A stretch of 64,000 nucleotides of DNA from Microthyrium microscopicum. Its lineage: Eukaryota. Each line of letters opens with the position of its first letter. The first letter of the stretch is position 1. The position numbers and the translations under genes were made by a program. Below, one piece after another: positions 10,828-24,471 of this stretch. The stretch is taken from contig MU004244.1 of NCBI GenBank assembly GCA_010405405.1, positions 65,895 through 129,894 of the forward strand, given 5' to 3'. The notes beneath the pieces were generated by a model, which saw only the letters and a list, made by a program, of their open reading frames with translations, was not told where the DNA came from and ran no database searches.

Positions 10828-12215
10828 GGTGTTGGACTTGACAATTTAAAAACTAGCTGTAGAGTCAGAGAGTGTAGAACTTGTAAGCTATACATAAGAG
10901 CACAGCGCAAGAGACTCAGCAGAAGTGAGAGCAATTTGGTGAAAAGGTTGTTGGAGGTTTGCGGGCGTTGGAAAATCGCGACGAGGAACTCAAGAAATAA
11001 ATTGGGAGGTATTGGGCATTCGCGATGGTTACACATCGTCATTTTGTGTCGACCTTAACGCAGTTCAGACCTTCCAGCCCTCAATAGCTCTTTCTTCGTA
11101 GGAAATGGGGCGTTCGATGAGGTGGAGTGGTGAGCTTCGCTATAGGCTCAGAAATATATTTCCTGAGGTAGATTCTCACTGTCAAATGAGCTACCAGGCA
11201 TATTAAGACTGATTATGGAAATTGCTTCACCTTAAACAAGAGGTATTAGCTGTTCAAAGAAGGCGGAAGCTTTAGAACCATCTTTCTTAAAATTCATGGA
11301 TGGTCACCTCTGGCCAAATTGACGACGCTAGAAGGAAATATACTGTTGATAATTCACCAACACAGTCGAGCCGTTTTATACGTGAATCTTATGCAAGCGC
11401 AACTGCAAAATGTCAGCTTCAAATAACATAATTTGGCAGGCTCAGATGATCAAGCGAGCCTCAAATTGACCAGTAACGAAAGGCAAGCACCTCGATATCT
11501 GTCACTAAAAGATGTCGGGTTCGTATGATTGACCAAACAATCAATATCATACTTGCAACCTTCAGCATTGGGATAAGTATAAATGAACTTGAACTTGAGC
11601 CAACATCCCCATCTATTGCTGTGCATTTCGCGATTGTCTCTTACGGGTGACCAAGTTCACATCAAAGATGTTAGCTTACTACTTTCCTTACAGTAGCTTG
11701 ACCAGAATACGAAAGATTGACCATTTATTCTGATGCGAGCAAGCAACAGTCCCTATGATATATCAACTTATTTATAAGAAGCAGATCATATGGGTGTACC
11801 GTTAGTCAACCATAAGAGCTTACACTAAACTGGATACTGAGCTGCCGCTTGAACGCAATTTCCAGGGAAAACACGATATGACAGAGGACGCTCATCACTC
11901 TCAATCGGCTCTGTAGCTTGGCATGCAAATGATCTGCTCAATTCGTGATACTGAGACCGGATGACATTGGGCAGGCGACTCAAATCTAGAAATGAAGTTA
12001 AGTTCTGGGGCTGTAATCATCATCACGAGGGGGCTAGATGGTACTAGCTAATCTAGCGTTGGAGCTATGACTTCACGGAGATTGTTCTGACATTTTAATC
12101 CCCGAAGATCTTCAGCCTCAATCATGGAACATCCTACACCATATCTTACTATCCTCCCGCTATTTATCTCTTCTGCTTCCATCTCTTTTGGACAGTTCAT
12201 CTCATCATAGTCAAT

Positions 12216-13789
12216 ATGGGTAGCCCACAACCTCCCGACTCGCCCAGTTCCTCGGTCGGAAGCCTCGAAGTCGACGAACCATCGCTTGACCAGCTCGTCG
12301 GCATCTTTCTCGCGTCCAAACGATCACTCCTGTCGACAGAGCAAGTCAGACGAGCCCAAGAGATCGTTGATACAGGGCGAGGAGCCGTAGAAGAAAATGC
12401 TGTGCTGACCGCTCGCAACTCATTTGTTCGATATGCGGTTTCCGTGCAGCTTGAATCGTTGGAGGCCATCAGACAAGGCGTAAGGGTGGTGGAGTCTGAT
12501 GGGCAACTGGAGCTCAAGGTATGGACACTAAAAGGCCGAAAGCGGTGGCAGCCAACTCAAAACTTGTATAGGAAACCGTGAGAACACTGGACCAAGCCTC
12601 CGCCCGACTAAACGAGACCCTCGAATCCTTACGCAATACTATGGTCGAAGCAGCATTCCGACCACCAGATGAAGAACCAAAGTGTCTCTTCGATTTCGTC
12701 GATGAGAAAGGAGTGGATGAACTCTACGATTCTATAAAGCAGAGCATGGATAAGTTTGATGTTTCAAGGAAGAGTTTGGTCGATACTTCAGCCTCGTTTG
12801 ATGATGACCTGAAAATGATCACCGATGCTTTGGAGCCCCAATCGGAAGCGGAAGATCAATACATCAATGAGGAAGATGATTCGCCAATTCCATCATTCTT
12901 CTACTCGCTCGAGTCAAATGCCACAGAGGTGGCGTCACATTTGGAGGGGTTGGTCAAACACTACGATCTTTGTATATCGGCGCTGAGACATACTGAAGGT
13001 GGAGGCGAGGCAATGCTAAAGTTCACACAAGTGGATATTGGCCAAGATCAAGGACTCGAAGGTCTCGGCCTGGGAATCACCAAATTCGACGAAGAATCAG
13101 CGCCGAAATCACTAGGCCCGGAAGAGCATGCAGCAATGTTGAAAGTCCTCACGAAAGATGCCGGAGAAGTTGATGAGGTAGTTATCGAAATCAGCGATCG
13201 TTTGGCTGATATGGAAGAACATTTGTCGCAAATTCAGACTTACATCACCATGTTACGAGCTACGACAGCAAGACAGCAAAATGCCCTTCGTGTGATCAAG
13301 ACTGTCAGCGAACATGTACCGACTTACATACATTCTTGCGCCGACTTTCAAGCGGCTTGGGAAGAGGAGAAAGATATTCTAGCTACCAAAGTTGATGAGA
13401 TTGAAGGCCTGCATGACTTTTACATTGCATTTGGCTCAGGATACGATAATCTCATTCTGGAAGTTCAGAGAAGGCGACAAGTGAAGCGTGAGATGGAGAA
13501 GATCGCCAAAAAGGCTATGACTGAGATAAGCAAACTTTACAAAGGTATGTTTCCCGTTGTGTATGTTGAGAGGTTGTGACTGACATTTACAGCCGATATG
13601 GTCAAACGCGAGGACTTCGGGGTCGAGCATGCAGAATATTTACCCGCAGACATCTGGCCTGGATGGGACAATCCGCCTGCCCAATTTGAAATATCGGTAG
13701 ATGGCGAAGAGGCAACGAAACTTCCAGAGCTACACAAAGACGTAGTGGATAAGGCCATCCGTCGTCTCGATGCAAGAGGAGGTCTTTGA
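12216..13789 (+). CDS. ATG17: Autophagy-related protein 17 (3 exons; introns 12519-12571, 13545-13592)
   Basis: FLASKRSLLS, LRNTMVEAAFRP..KCLFDFVDEKGV, LVKHYDLC, YDNLILEVQRR, EYLPADIWPG; coiled-coil character; canonical GT-AG splice sites join three ORFs in frame. Confidence 0.88.
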
Positions 13790-14011
13790 TCTAATGTTGA
13801 CTAAGAGTCTCGATACACTGATATGCTCAAAACCATCTACGCAATTGGATGTTTAGCACCGGAGTGCCTATGTATGCTTATCCGTGTATATGTCAAGCCG
13901 CTATGCTACCTTACATATCAATCATGAGCATACCAGCATCATGTAACCTCCCATCAGTCAACGCCAGTTGTACAGCCATTTACACTGATATTATAATTAG
14001 CTTCATTAGTA

Positions 14012-15919
14012 TCACCGCTTCCAGTGCCAATGCCAATACCGCCAAATGAGCCAATTCCGTATACTTTGCGACCCATCCTGCGTTTCCTGTTGCTTCTCTT
14101 GCTCCTCTTCCTTGACTTCGTCGTCAACTGTGTTGTTCATCGATATGTTGATTGCCGTCTCTGGTGTTCGTGGGACCTGCATCTCTTCTTCCAGTATTAT
14201 TGATTGTCTCATGTTCCTCCCGTGGGCCCTCAAATCCTGCGCTCTCGTATGCTGCGCTTGACCGTCCAGCGTTTGTCCATCCAGTGTTTGTCCTTCCAAT
14301 GTTTGGCCAAGAATCGTTCGCTCGTCCTTCGTTAGTGGATCTTGCGTACTCCCAAAGTCCAACCACCCATCCCGTCTGCCAACAGCACAGAATTCCCTCA
14401 GATCCAGAATAACATCACTCGCAACATCCCATCCCGCAGTCCCCACGCATCCCTGTCTTCGTTTTATCCATTCTACTCTTTGGACGCTGGCTAACCACCC
14501 ACCCTTACCGCCCTTGTCACCAGGCCCTCCTTTTCCACCTCTCCACCACCTTCCCCCACCCTTCTCTACTTGCATATCCTCCTCATCCACATACTCACTA
14601 ATACCCAATGGTACATGCATATACCTCCCGTACACGGACGTATTTTTCGTATTATGAAGCCAGCGCAAACCAGCTTCCGGCCCAGGAAGCCAGTGCAACA
14701 TCGTCCACGTCAGCACGTCCGCTTGCGACCAGAAGGGGAGGTGGTGTGTGCTATACAATTGGTCCAGTATTGTGGCAAGGAGGCCGGCGGGAGAGTCGCA
14801 GAGGGCGAAGGAGATGGTTTGTGGTCTAAAAATGCCTGCTCTGGTTGCAGGTGCTTGGGTGTTGGTGTTGTCGGGGATATTGCAAGAGGCGGAGGAGTTA
14901 GTGGTATGCGAGGGCGAGAAGAAGTTAATGAAGGGGATTCGTGAGAAGGCGGTCTTAAGATATCCCGGTTTACTGAGTGGCTGAAACTGTGTTGGAGGAG
15001 GTGGTGGATTTGACGTATGGACTCCTACACAATGTGCTGGATAGTTCATGGCCAGCATTCGTGCGATGGGGAACCCCCTATTGGAATATATTAGCATACT
15101 CCCTTGCCATACAAGACAGGGTTTACTTACGATTGCGACGCATGCACCACGTACTTCCTATACTCAAGTTTCTCCATCAACTTATCATATAAATCCGCCG
15201 TCTCCTTCACACCAAAGCCCTCCTGATTACTCGCATCGCTAAATCCAAAGCCAGGAATACTCGGTGCAACGACATGGAAGCTGGGCGAATCTTCGGTAGA
15301 ATGTAGATGTGTTGGTATAGGACTTGTTAGGGGTCCAATGATCTTGGTGATTTCGTAGAAAGAGCCAGGAGAACCGTGGACGTAGAGTAGGGGGATGGCA
15401 TCTGGTGCTGTTGAGGGTCTGTGAACGAAATGGATTCGTAGGGATTCCTCGGCCGTCTTGTTCTCGTCTGATCGGTCACTAGGTACAAGTGGTTTGGATG
15501 GATTGACATTGCTGATTGGAATGCTGAGTGTCGTTCGGAATTGAGGAAGTTCTTGGTTGATAGTCGCTTCTTGATTGCGCCAGTTGAACTTTTCTAACCT
15601 AGAGTGACAGAATTAGCAGTCTGTGGGTATGTCTTCGGCATCTATGTTACCAGAAATCAATTAAAGGTTCAAGAGCTGCTTTGGGAGTACCCAATGTCCA
15701 ATTTTGATCGTTGATGGAGTCTGGCTCTCTTGGTAATCTCGTCAGTTCGAGTTTCCGTCTCGTAAGTTGAAGATATCTAGTCGAGACCTAGTAATCATAT
15801 TAGCTTCAGGCGGTTCTTTGGTATAGTAAGCTGGAGTATACAGATCAAGAACGTACGTGAATCTTATAAGGCTGTATATCTGTAGGTAAATCCACCTGGC
15901 CGTCGCTGGCACCCTCCAT
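14012..15919 (-). CDS. Epoxide hydrolase (EHN, alpha/beta-hydrolase) homolog, probably non-catalytic; about 4 exons
   Basis: Spliced translation gives IQPYKIH|VSTRYLQLTRRKLELTRLP, AIPLLYVHGSPGSFYE, FHVVAPSIPGFGFSD and RPQTISFALCDSPAGLLA. Confidence 0.82.
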
Positions 15920-16664
15920 GACAAAGAAGTCTCATTATCGCCTACTGAAAAAACACGAGAAACAGAATCCGCCTCAGCTACCACACTTGTATAAGAATTA
16001 TCCAAAAAGTTTCAAAAGCACTATTTAGAGAAACTGTTTCAAAAGACTCTTGAGCCTCATGCAACCAACAATAAACCAACAAAACACTAAACTCAACCAG
16101 GCAAGCGAGTGTGGCAGAACACGTTTAGGCGCCTGCAGAATATAGAAAATGGTTAGAAGCAAAGAGTACGCGTAAATGGGCGGATAAGTGAGTAATGAAA
16201 TATTATTCGCTACGGCACTAAAGATGAGCAATTAGACGGGGATATTGAAGGAGTAAGTGGCCGCGCCTAAGGCTTCAAATGCCTTGACACGCTCGAGTCT
16301 GGACCACGCGAGGAACCATGGACCGGGCTTGGTCGATTTCATTTCATTCATTTCGTTCATTTAACCAGAGAGATTAGGCAGCGCGAATAAACTATTCGTC
16401 TGTGGTCCAATCACTGTTGCATCCATTGATCCGCAACTCAAGACAGGGCTGACCGTTGGTGGATGGTTGTTTGACAGGGGTTGAGTTTGATCAACATTGC
16501 TGCGCCACAGCACCAGACTCATTCGCCACAGCTCTGTGGCGACAGACAAGGGGTCCAATTGTCGATCTTTTTGATATTGAGGACTGATCTTCTCTTTTGA
16601 AGTGCTATTTATGTCCCTCTGACGTTCAACTGCATGGAAATCGCCCACTATGTGCTTGTGGAAG

Positions 16665-19627
16665 TTACAAGTCCCGTGGAACCGTGCCCTGCGTGTTGAA
16701 GCTACCAGTATTGCCACCCACCACTGGAGAATTCGGTGTGCTCCCACGCATACCAGCAGTTGTCGGTGATCCGCGAAATGACAGACTTCCAATACGGCTC
16801 ACCAAATTACTCCCAACCGCATCCACGGCTCCTCTAGGCGCCAGCAGTGACGGGGTTTGCGCAGCAGTCGCCTGCACGTGGAAGAGTTTGATATACGTGC
16901 CATTCCAGACACCGGCTGTGCCTTTCGATACGAGCATTTCTGCTGCGAATATGAAGCCCCAGAGTAGGGACTCGTACCAGCCCATTGAGAGCGGACTCCA
17001 TTCAAAGAGGTGGACGCGAATTGCGGATGGATCGATACCGCGAACTGTGGCTCGTCTAATTGCGGCTAGGATCACGGAAGTGTCTTCGGAAGTTGGCTCG
17101 GGAACTTGACTGGAGAGTTCCTCTAGTAGTGTGAGAATGGTATGCAGCGGCAACTCCGGCTGCCAACTTTCAATCTGGGTCTTGTGTTAGCACATGCAGG
17201 GACAATATCAGGCCTTATCTTTAGAGTGATGCAAAGTCCCAGGAGGTGTTGATCTCATCCTGAAGCCATGACTATGGTGCAGTATAGCTTGATGAAGGAA
17301 GGAAAAGCACTTACCCATTCCGCACTCGGTTGGAAGGCGCCCGCATGCGTAGCCGTTGGTGCTAAGCTATGTAAACTCGAAATACTGTTCGTTCGCGAAA
17401 ACGACCTCTGGCCAATAGGCATCTTCCCCCTAGCTTTTTCAGACATGCCTCTAAGTTGTGTTGGCAAAGCTTCATCTGCCGAACTCGCCACGGACGCTGC
17501 TAGAGCGCTATCAATGGACTCATTCGCAAGTGATTCATTAGTCGCGGGTCGTTGAAGAGGTCGTCGTGGATCCTCGTCGTCCGAGTCTTCTTCATCATCA
17601 TCGCCGATTGCAAACGCGCTGTGCTCTTCCGGTACATTGCTAAGATTTGGGCTCCGTATACTAACAGGACTTCTAGCTCCATCCAGTGAGTTGTCGCGCT
17701 CTTGCTGCTCTTTTCGAAGCTGGGCTTGGCGCTCCAATTCTTCTTGGCCGCCTTCGAGGGTGAATTCTCGCAGGGTGACGAAGCGCTTTTTGGATCGTAA
17801 TATTGCGTGGATGACGTTGGTGTTTTCTATTGTCGTCATTAGTATTGAAACAGAGCTGGTAGATGGTACTTACTTGAGTATTGATGTTCCACAATTGCAT
17901 TCAGGACTTCGAGCAATGACTGGAGTAAAGAGTGGTTTGTCTCGTTCGCAAAGAGAAATGAGGGGCTAGACATGGAAGCCAACAGCTGCAGGAGTTTTGA
18001 ACTTGTTGCTCTTGCAAGATTTTCGAGATAGGGTGCGACATTGTTCAAGATGGCAAGTAGTGCAGGATATATGGCTTCTAGGCGGCCCTTGCCAGTGGTG
18101 AGAAGTGTATGAATTGACTTGCTGACGTTAGTATTTGTCCCCAACCATACGACAATTTCAAACTCACGGTGATTAGGTAGTCTGCATATGTTCCATGGAA
18201 ATTAGGTATCCGTATGCTCTGCGGTAACGTCTCCTGTCCCTCAAATCTCTTGTTCAGGCTCTTGCCGAAGTTTCGCTCTACGCTCATCGTCTGCAAGACG
18301 AAAACGCACATCCGAATTAATCCTTGCTTGGCGGGATCCATCTTGTTCTCCAATGCATAGAAGAGAACGAGTATGACAAAGTCGTGGGATCGATCGGTGT
18401 CTATTATGAAAGAGCGGAATCGTTTGTTGCATTGCAGAGCTTCCCAGAAGAGCATTATCATCTCAGGAGCCCAAGTCAGTGATTTTTGGCTACCAGGTAG
18501 ATATGATGAATTTGCTTGCATAGGCTGGTTCAAGATACGTGTCATTCCATCGACCAGAAACTGAAAGTCCTGGGGTCGATGAAGTCTACCCAAGAAATGC
18601 CGGAAATAGTTCTTGGGTACGACGCCATGTTGTGTTTCCGGAATGGGATATAGTACGAGGACGAGAAGTAGTTGCAGACAGTAGGTGACCAGCAACTGTT
18701 TGTTATCCCGGAATACCACATGATCATAAGGAACCCTCCAGGCTGCTGGGTTGTATTTGAGAGTAGTGTTGAGAAGGGAGCAGAGAAGAGATAGGACGGT
18801 CTGCTTGTCTGCACAGCTGGTCAGGTAGGTAGTGGCTCTGACTCCTGTGACCGGCAAGATGTTAGCTGGCATGTACATTCCTTTGCCGCACATGACAAGT
18901 AGCAGCCTCAGAATCTCTTTGCGATTATTTTCATATTCCTTGGTAGAGTTGACTGGAGTATGACATCCAACACCTGTCTGCCAGATCGCATACGACACTT
19001 TTGGTTTTCCGGGTGGAGCTTTTGGAAGAGTGAACTCTGAGTAGAACAAGAGGTCCACCAGCGTGTCAATCAGTTCCTCCCCGAGAGGTCTTCCTTTCGG
19101 CTGCTCTTCTGCTTCATCATTGTCTGCCGTGTCCGTGCCGTTTGCTCCATCAAAGAGGACCTCTGTTCTAGCTCCAGTTTGTCTCATAGGTATCGCTCTG
19201 GGTGCCCAGAAGAAGGTATCTTCCCATGCGGCCAAGCTATCGGCTTCGTACACAAAGGGCAGCACTCTGCTTAGTATTCTAACGCAATTTAGAGCATACC
19301 GCTCTGGCGCGAGTTCGGGGTCAGGGAAGGCAGGTGTATTTCTCAGTTCAATCAGTTTATTGCAGGCGGTAAGTATGAGAGTTTCCAAGTTTCCCAGAGC
19401 ATTGTCTCGTGTACGGCGGACGTCAGTAGGTGAGAAGAGGGTGAAGATGTCCTCTGCGGATTCGGGTAGCTCCCAGAACTAAAGTCGCAATGAGATTTTG
19501 ACCACGATGACGATGCGTATAGTGTACTTACACCATTCCAATAGCCATCGTTGTTAGGAATGTCCTTCTGTTCTGAAAGCTTGAAGATGCCCTGCTTGAA
19601 CACCAGCTTGGAATCGGAAGCGCCCAT
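16665..19627 (-). CDS. HID1: HID1/Ecm30 family protein (multi-exon)
   Basis: Starts MGASDSKLVFKQGIFKL (Gly2, potential myristoylation); ALNCVRILSRVLPFVYE, IWQTGVG, FRHFLGRLHRPQDFQFL and GVWNGTYIKLF across ORFs 18078-19388, 17839-18144, 17255-17839 and 16665-17153. Confidence 0.88.
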
Positions 19628-20242
19628 GTTGACCGGTGGGATCAGGACATAGGAATCTGATGATACACAGCTGGCGACTGGCGACAGAAATGATCGTGAA
19701 TGACGCAAAGCAGAAATAGAGAAAGTTGTTTTGTTTGTAGGGCAGAGAATATAGTGTTTGCAGTAATTAAGGAAAGGCTCACAGGCTCTTAGCCTTTAGG
19801 TTCACAGGTTAACTGGTTGTCGTCTGATCCCCTCCAGGGAAAGGCTGCGTATGAGTGCTAGCCACGCTAGAGCCGAGAGAGCTTTCTAGATCCGATCTAA
19901 TCTTCCAATATACCCGATCTACCCGATATAAAGTGAGTTGAGCTTGAGGTGCTGAACAATCATAACTTCGACGGCCTCAACCTTTCACTACACCCTCATT
20001 CCTCCACAATACCTTCACCCGCTTCCTTCCTTTTCTGAGCGCTCTTACAGTCCTCGCCTGTCCAACGCTTCTTCTGTCACTCGCTGTTTCGCCACTCTAG
20101 TCTTAAAAATACTCAGCACTTGAGATCTTCCCCGCGCCTTTCTGTTCGCCTCTACCTATCATCAGTCCATGCTGGTAACAATCTCAGCACAAGATCTCGT
20201 CAGACTTCTATAAAGCTCTCACTCTCCCACTTCGCGTAAGCC

Positions 20243-22744
20243 ATGGCTCCAAAGCGCAAAGCAACCGGGCCACCCAAAGGCAATCCCGCCAAACGCATCG
20301 CATCCGGTGTAAATACCCCTCGATCCGATGTGCAATCCAACGATGATGAATACATGGAGGAGGGTGGTGACATTAGTGACGATGAAATAGAGCTGGAACC
20401 TGAAGATAAGCGTTTCATGGAAAAGTTATCATTCAAAACCTATGTAGATCCTCAAGCAGTCGCCCGACCTCATCTGCCCGGTGTCTTCAGACATGACTTT
20501 TCCTACCTCGCCCTCAAACCCGATCACGCAGACCGACCTCTCTGGGTCGATCCGGATCGAGGTCGTATCATCATGGAAAGCTTCTCCTCTCGTTTCAAAG
20601 AAGCTGAAAGCTTTCTCATCAACATTGCTGAACCACAATCTCGAGTCTCGCTGATCCACGAATATACTTTGACGCCTCATAGTCTTTTTGCGGCGGTCAG
20701 TGTTGGTCTTACTACGGATGACATCATTTCAAACCTGGAAAGCTTGTCCAAGACGCCTCTTGCAAAATCTGTGGTTGATTTTATCACAACCTCGACCAAA
20801 TCGTTTGGAAAGGTCCGTTTAGTGTTGAAGCATACCAAGTACTGGATTGAAAGCAACGATGCCGAGGTTCTCCAGACCCTGTTACGGGATTCCGTCATTT
20901 CTCAAGCGAGAATAACAAGCACAGAAATTGTGACGGAAGCGGCTCCAAAGATGGGAGCGTTGGTTATTTCTGGCACCAGCATGGCCGCCGGCGCAAAGCA
21001 GGCGATGGGCAAAGCAAAGGAGGAGGAAGAAGATATAGTGCCGGATGCAAATAAAGAAGCTGATGCCATCAAAAATCAACTACTGGACGAGGATGAGGAC
21101 GAACAAGCCGACCAAGTCCATTCATTCGAAATTGCACCCGAATCAGTTCAAGAAGTCTCAAAACGATGCAAAGCAATCGATCTACCTCTCACCGAAGAAT
21201 ATGATTTCCGAAACGATTATGCCAATGCCAACCTCAAAATCGACCTCAAACCAGGCACTCAAATTCGATATTACCAAGAGAAGGCTCTACACAAAATGTT
21301 TGGAAATGGACGAGCACGTAGCGGCATTATCGTTTTGCCTTGTGGAGCTGGCAAAACTCTGGTCGGTATCACGGCTGCATGTACTGTGCAGAAGGGCATC
21401 GTCGTGCTCGCCACAAGTACCATGTCTGTCATTCAGTGGAAAAGTGAATTTATGAAATGGGCCAACATCGCTCCCGAAGATATCACAACATTCATCTCTG
21501 GCGGACAGAAAGAACCGTTTAGGGGTAATACTGGCGTCATGATATCAACCTACAACATGATCGCCCAAGCAAAAGGCCGCTCCCACCACTCGCAAAAAAT
21601 GATGGATTTCATTGAAAATCGCGAATGGGGCCTCATGATCCTCGACGAAGTCCATGTCGTTCCAGCCAAGATGTTTCAAAAGGTCACATATAAAGTCAAA
21701 TCACACACCAAACTAGGCCTTACAGCAACCCTCCTCCGCGAAGATGACAAGATCCAGGAACTCAATTTTCTCATCGGGCCAAAACTATTTGAAGCCAACT
21801 GGCAAGAGTTGAGCGAACAGGGTCATATTGCCAAAGTCCAATGCGCTGAAGTCTGGTGTCCAATGACATCTGAATTCTACTCTGAATATCTCAAAGCCAA
21901 AACCACGGGGCGCAGAAATCTTCTTTTCACACTCAATCCGCGCAAATTCCAAGCGTGCCAATATCTAATCAAATACCATGAAGCGCGCGGTGACCGCATT
22001 ATTGTCTTTAGCGATAATGTCGTCGCGCTGCAACACTATGCGCGCAAAATGGACCGTCCTTTCATTTTTGGTGAAACCGGGCAGGAAGAGCGTCAGCGCC
22101 TGCTCGAGAACTTCCAGTACAACGAAGCAACTCCCACCATCTTTTTGAGCAAAATCGGCGACACGAGTCTAGATCTGCCAGAAGCGACCTGTCTAATACA
22201 AATTTCGAGCCATTACGGATCAAGAAGACAGGAAGCGCAGCGCCTCGGCCGCATCCTCCGAGCGAAACGCCGCAACGACGAAGGGTTCAATGCCTTCTTC
22301 TACTCCCTCGTCTCCAAAGACACTGCAGAAATGTACTACTCTTCCAAGCGTCAAGCCTTCCTCGTAGACCAAGGCTACTCCTTCAAAGTCATCACGCACC
22401 TCTCCGGTATACAAGACATGCCTGGCCTGGCCTTCTCAACGCCCGCCGAGCGACGCGAATTACTCGCTGCTGTCCTCCTTCTCAACGAGAGTCACGCAGA
22501 GACGGAGAAGATTGAGGGAGATTTGTTTAGTGCTGCTCGGCCGGGTGCGCGCAAAAAGGCGGGTGGTGTTAAGCGGACGGCGAACACGTTAGCAGACTTG
22601 AGTGGAGGGCAGAATATGGCGTATGCGGAGTATGATCGCAAGAAGAAGGCGGAGGTGGGGAAGAAGACGAAGGGAGGTGCGTTTATGAAGAAGTTGAAGA
22701 GGGAGCAGGAGCGGAAGAGGGCGAATGCTGCAGATTTCAATTAG
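20243..22744 (+). CDS. SSL2: TFIIH/NER DNA helicase XPB
   Basis: 833-aa intronless ORF: RSGIIVLPCGAGKT, LDEVHVVPA, LGLTATLLREDDKI, QISSHYGSRRQEAQRLGRILRAK. Confidence 0.98.
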   Translation: MAPKRKATGPPKGNPAKRIASGVNTPRSDVQSNDDEYMEEGGDISDDEIELEPEDKRFMEKLSFKTYVDPQAVARPHLPGVFRHDFSYLALKPDHADRPLWVDPDRGRIIMESFSSRFKEAESFLINIAEPQSRVSLIHEYTLTPHSLFAAVSVGLTTDDIISNLESLSKTPLAKSVVDFITTSTKSFGKVRLVLKHTKYWIESNDAEVLQTLLRDSVISQARITSTEIVTEAAPKMGALVISGTSMAAGAKQAMGKAKEEEEDIVPDANKEADAIKNQLLDEDEDEQADQVHSFEIAPESVQEVSKRCKAIDLPLTEEYDFRNDYANANLKIDLKPGTQIRYYQEKALHKMFGNGRARSGIIVLPCGAGKTLVGITAACTVQKGIVVLATSTMSVIQWKSEFMKWANIAPEDITTFISGGQKEPFRGNTGVMISTYNMIAQAKGRSHHSQKMMDFIENREWGLMILDEVHVVPAKMFQKVTYKVKSHTKLGLTATLLREDDKIQELNFLIGPKLFEANWQELSEQGHIAKVQCAEVWCPMTSEFYSEYLKAKTTGRRNLLFTLNPRKFQACQYLIKYHEARGDRIIVFSDNVVALQHYARKMDRPFIFGETGQEERQRLLENFQYNEATPTIFLSKIGDTSLDLPEATCLIQISSHYGSRRQEAQRLGRILRAKRRNDEGFNAFFYSLVSKDTAEMYYSSKRQAFLVDQGYSFKVITHLSGIQDMPGLAFSTPAERRELLAAVLLLNESHAETEKIEGDLFSAARPGARKKAGGVKRTANTLADLSGGQNMAYAEYDRKKKAEVGKKTKGGAFMKKLKREQERKRANAADFN

Positions 22745-24471
22745 CTTACGGCGCTATCGTTGCTGTTGCTCATTGCGTGCAATTTCTTAGACGTACCTAG
22801 ATTGAAATGAATTTGATACCTCTCAGCGAAAAGTCTGATTACTCCGGAAGGTATCTCTTTCTTCTTTCGAGATCTTTTCTTTACTTTCCTTTTCTTGAGG
22901 AATGAAAAGCGATGCTTGATGGTGTAGAAATCGGGACTGTCCTCGCCCTGATACAGCGTACGGGTACTCCTCAATTTTCTCTAATTTCAAACAGGCAAAC
23001 CCCGTATATCAAGCTACTTACTTATAATCACACATACATTACTTTTATAACTTTTGACAGATACTATGTATTCATTCCATCAAGACAAGTCTTTTGTGTC
23101 CATAATAGTTCCAAGAGAACACCCTAAACCCAGCGCCGCTATATCAATTCGAATGCAGAATATTGACTCTGAGAGGTAGTCACCAAGTATCAGAGATGTA
23201 TTACATGTGCATAACGAGTAGTCGAATGTTAACCCTGGCTCCGTTCTATTCTTTTCCGGGCCTATGAACCGTTCACCCGTCCACAAGACCCAGTCCATCT
23301 CGTTTTCAGTGGAGTTTTGACAAGTTGTAGCTGCCAAGTTTTCGATGTGGTGAGTTCAACGGAGCAGAGGATTTTGATGGAAATTGTATTCGCTAAAAGA
23401 TGTTGTCGAAGCTACGGAGGATCCGTTACCAACTGGCGTTAAATAGCACCTGTTTACAACTGAAACAGCCCCCGTCGTCGCCCCTTCCATCATCGACTTC
23501 AACGAATGGACACGATGGGGCAGGCCGCAGTTCAAAAACCATGACGTCGATCGCATTTGAGGCGTTCATGGGCGCTTTGATATAGCGCTACTGCAGATTG
23601 ATATGGCGCTAAAATGAGTATTTGCAGATGAATTAGCGTCGATTACCGCTAGATGTGAGATCTAGTCCCAGAAAGACTAAATCGATACTTTTTCGTCATG
23701 GATCTTTTGTTGAATCGAGACTTTGGTGGCTTTTTCGAGCATGGCAAGTTCCCCAAGTTGGCAATTTAGCGCGGTGGCTTGTTGCTTCTGGTGTTCGAAT
23801 CTGAGATGCATTTTTGGTTCTTGAAGAATTTGGCGAGATCTTTTGATGCATCACGCATCGTGCACCACCTGCGGTTTTTGCCCGATTTGATTCACACTCC
23901 TATTGTCAGATTGAACATCGCAATAGGGAAAGCATTCAGAAGCTTCATATGTTCATTGTGAAGTGGAGGGACTCTGGGAGTATACTTGCTATTGGATAGT
24001 ATGTAGTTTATGAAGGCTTTTTCTCAATCAGAATTTGAACCTCTGAAGGATGAACTAGAGCTGCTATCTTCACGCCAAAGCTGCACATGTTCGCGCCTTT
24101 AGTTTGAGGTCCTTCTCCGCTGCTTTGCATTGGCTTGTTGAAGTAGACTAAAGCTTATGTCGATGGACGTGTTCAGTACATTTCTTCCAGACCATTGACA
24201 ATGACGAAGGTACGCATGGCCACCTGCCCCCAACGCAAGGTGACAGCATCGCCCTCCATCACCAATAAGTATATAGAGTATTCTTGTGTCAGTCACACAC
24301 TAGCGTAAACTCACCTCCATTCGCGCCTCAAGTTCTCAGTCATCCTCACTCCCTCAACGCGCCTTAGTGAATCACTTATCTCTAGCAAGATAGTATCGCA
24401 CTTGCTGACAACGCGCCTCTCAATACTTCTATCATCGCCAACGTCAAACCTTTCCTAAAAAATCAACCACC

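Noticed and set aside
16335..16362. atttc/attc short repeat
   Set aside because: Simple low-complexity tract in the HID1 3' region.
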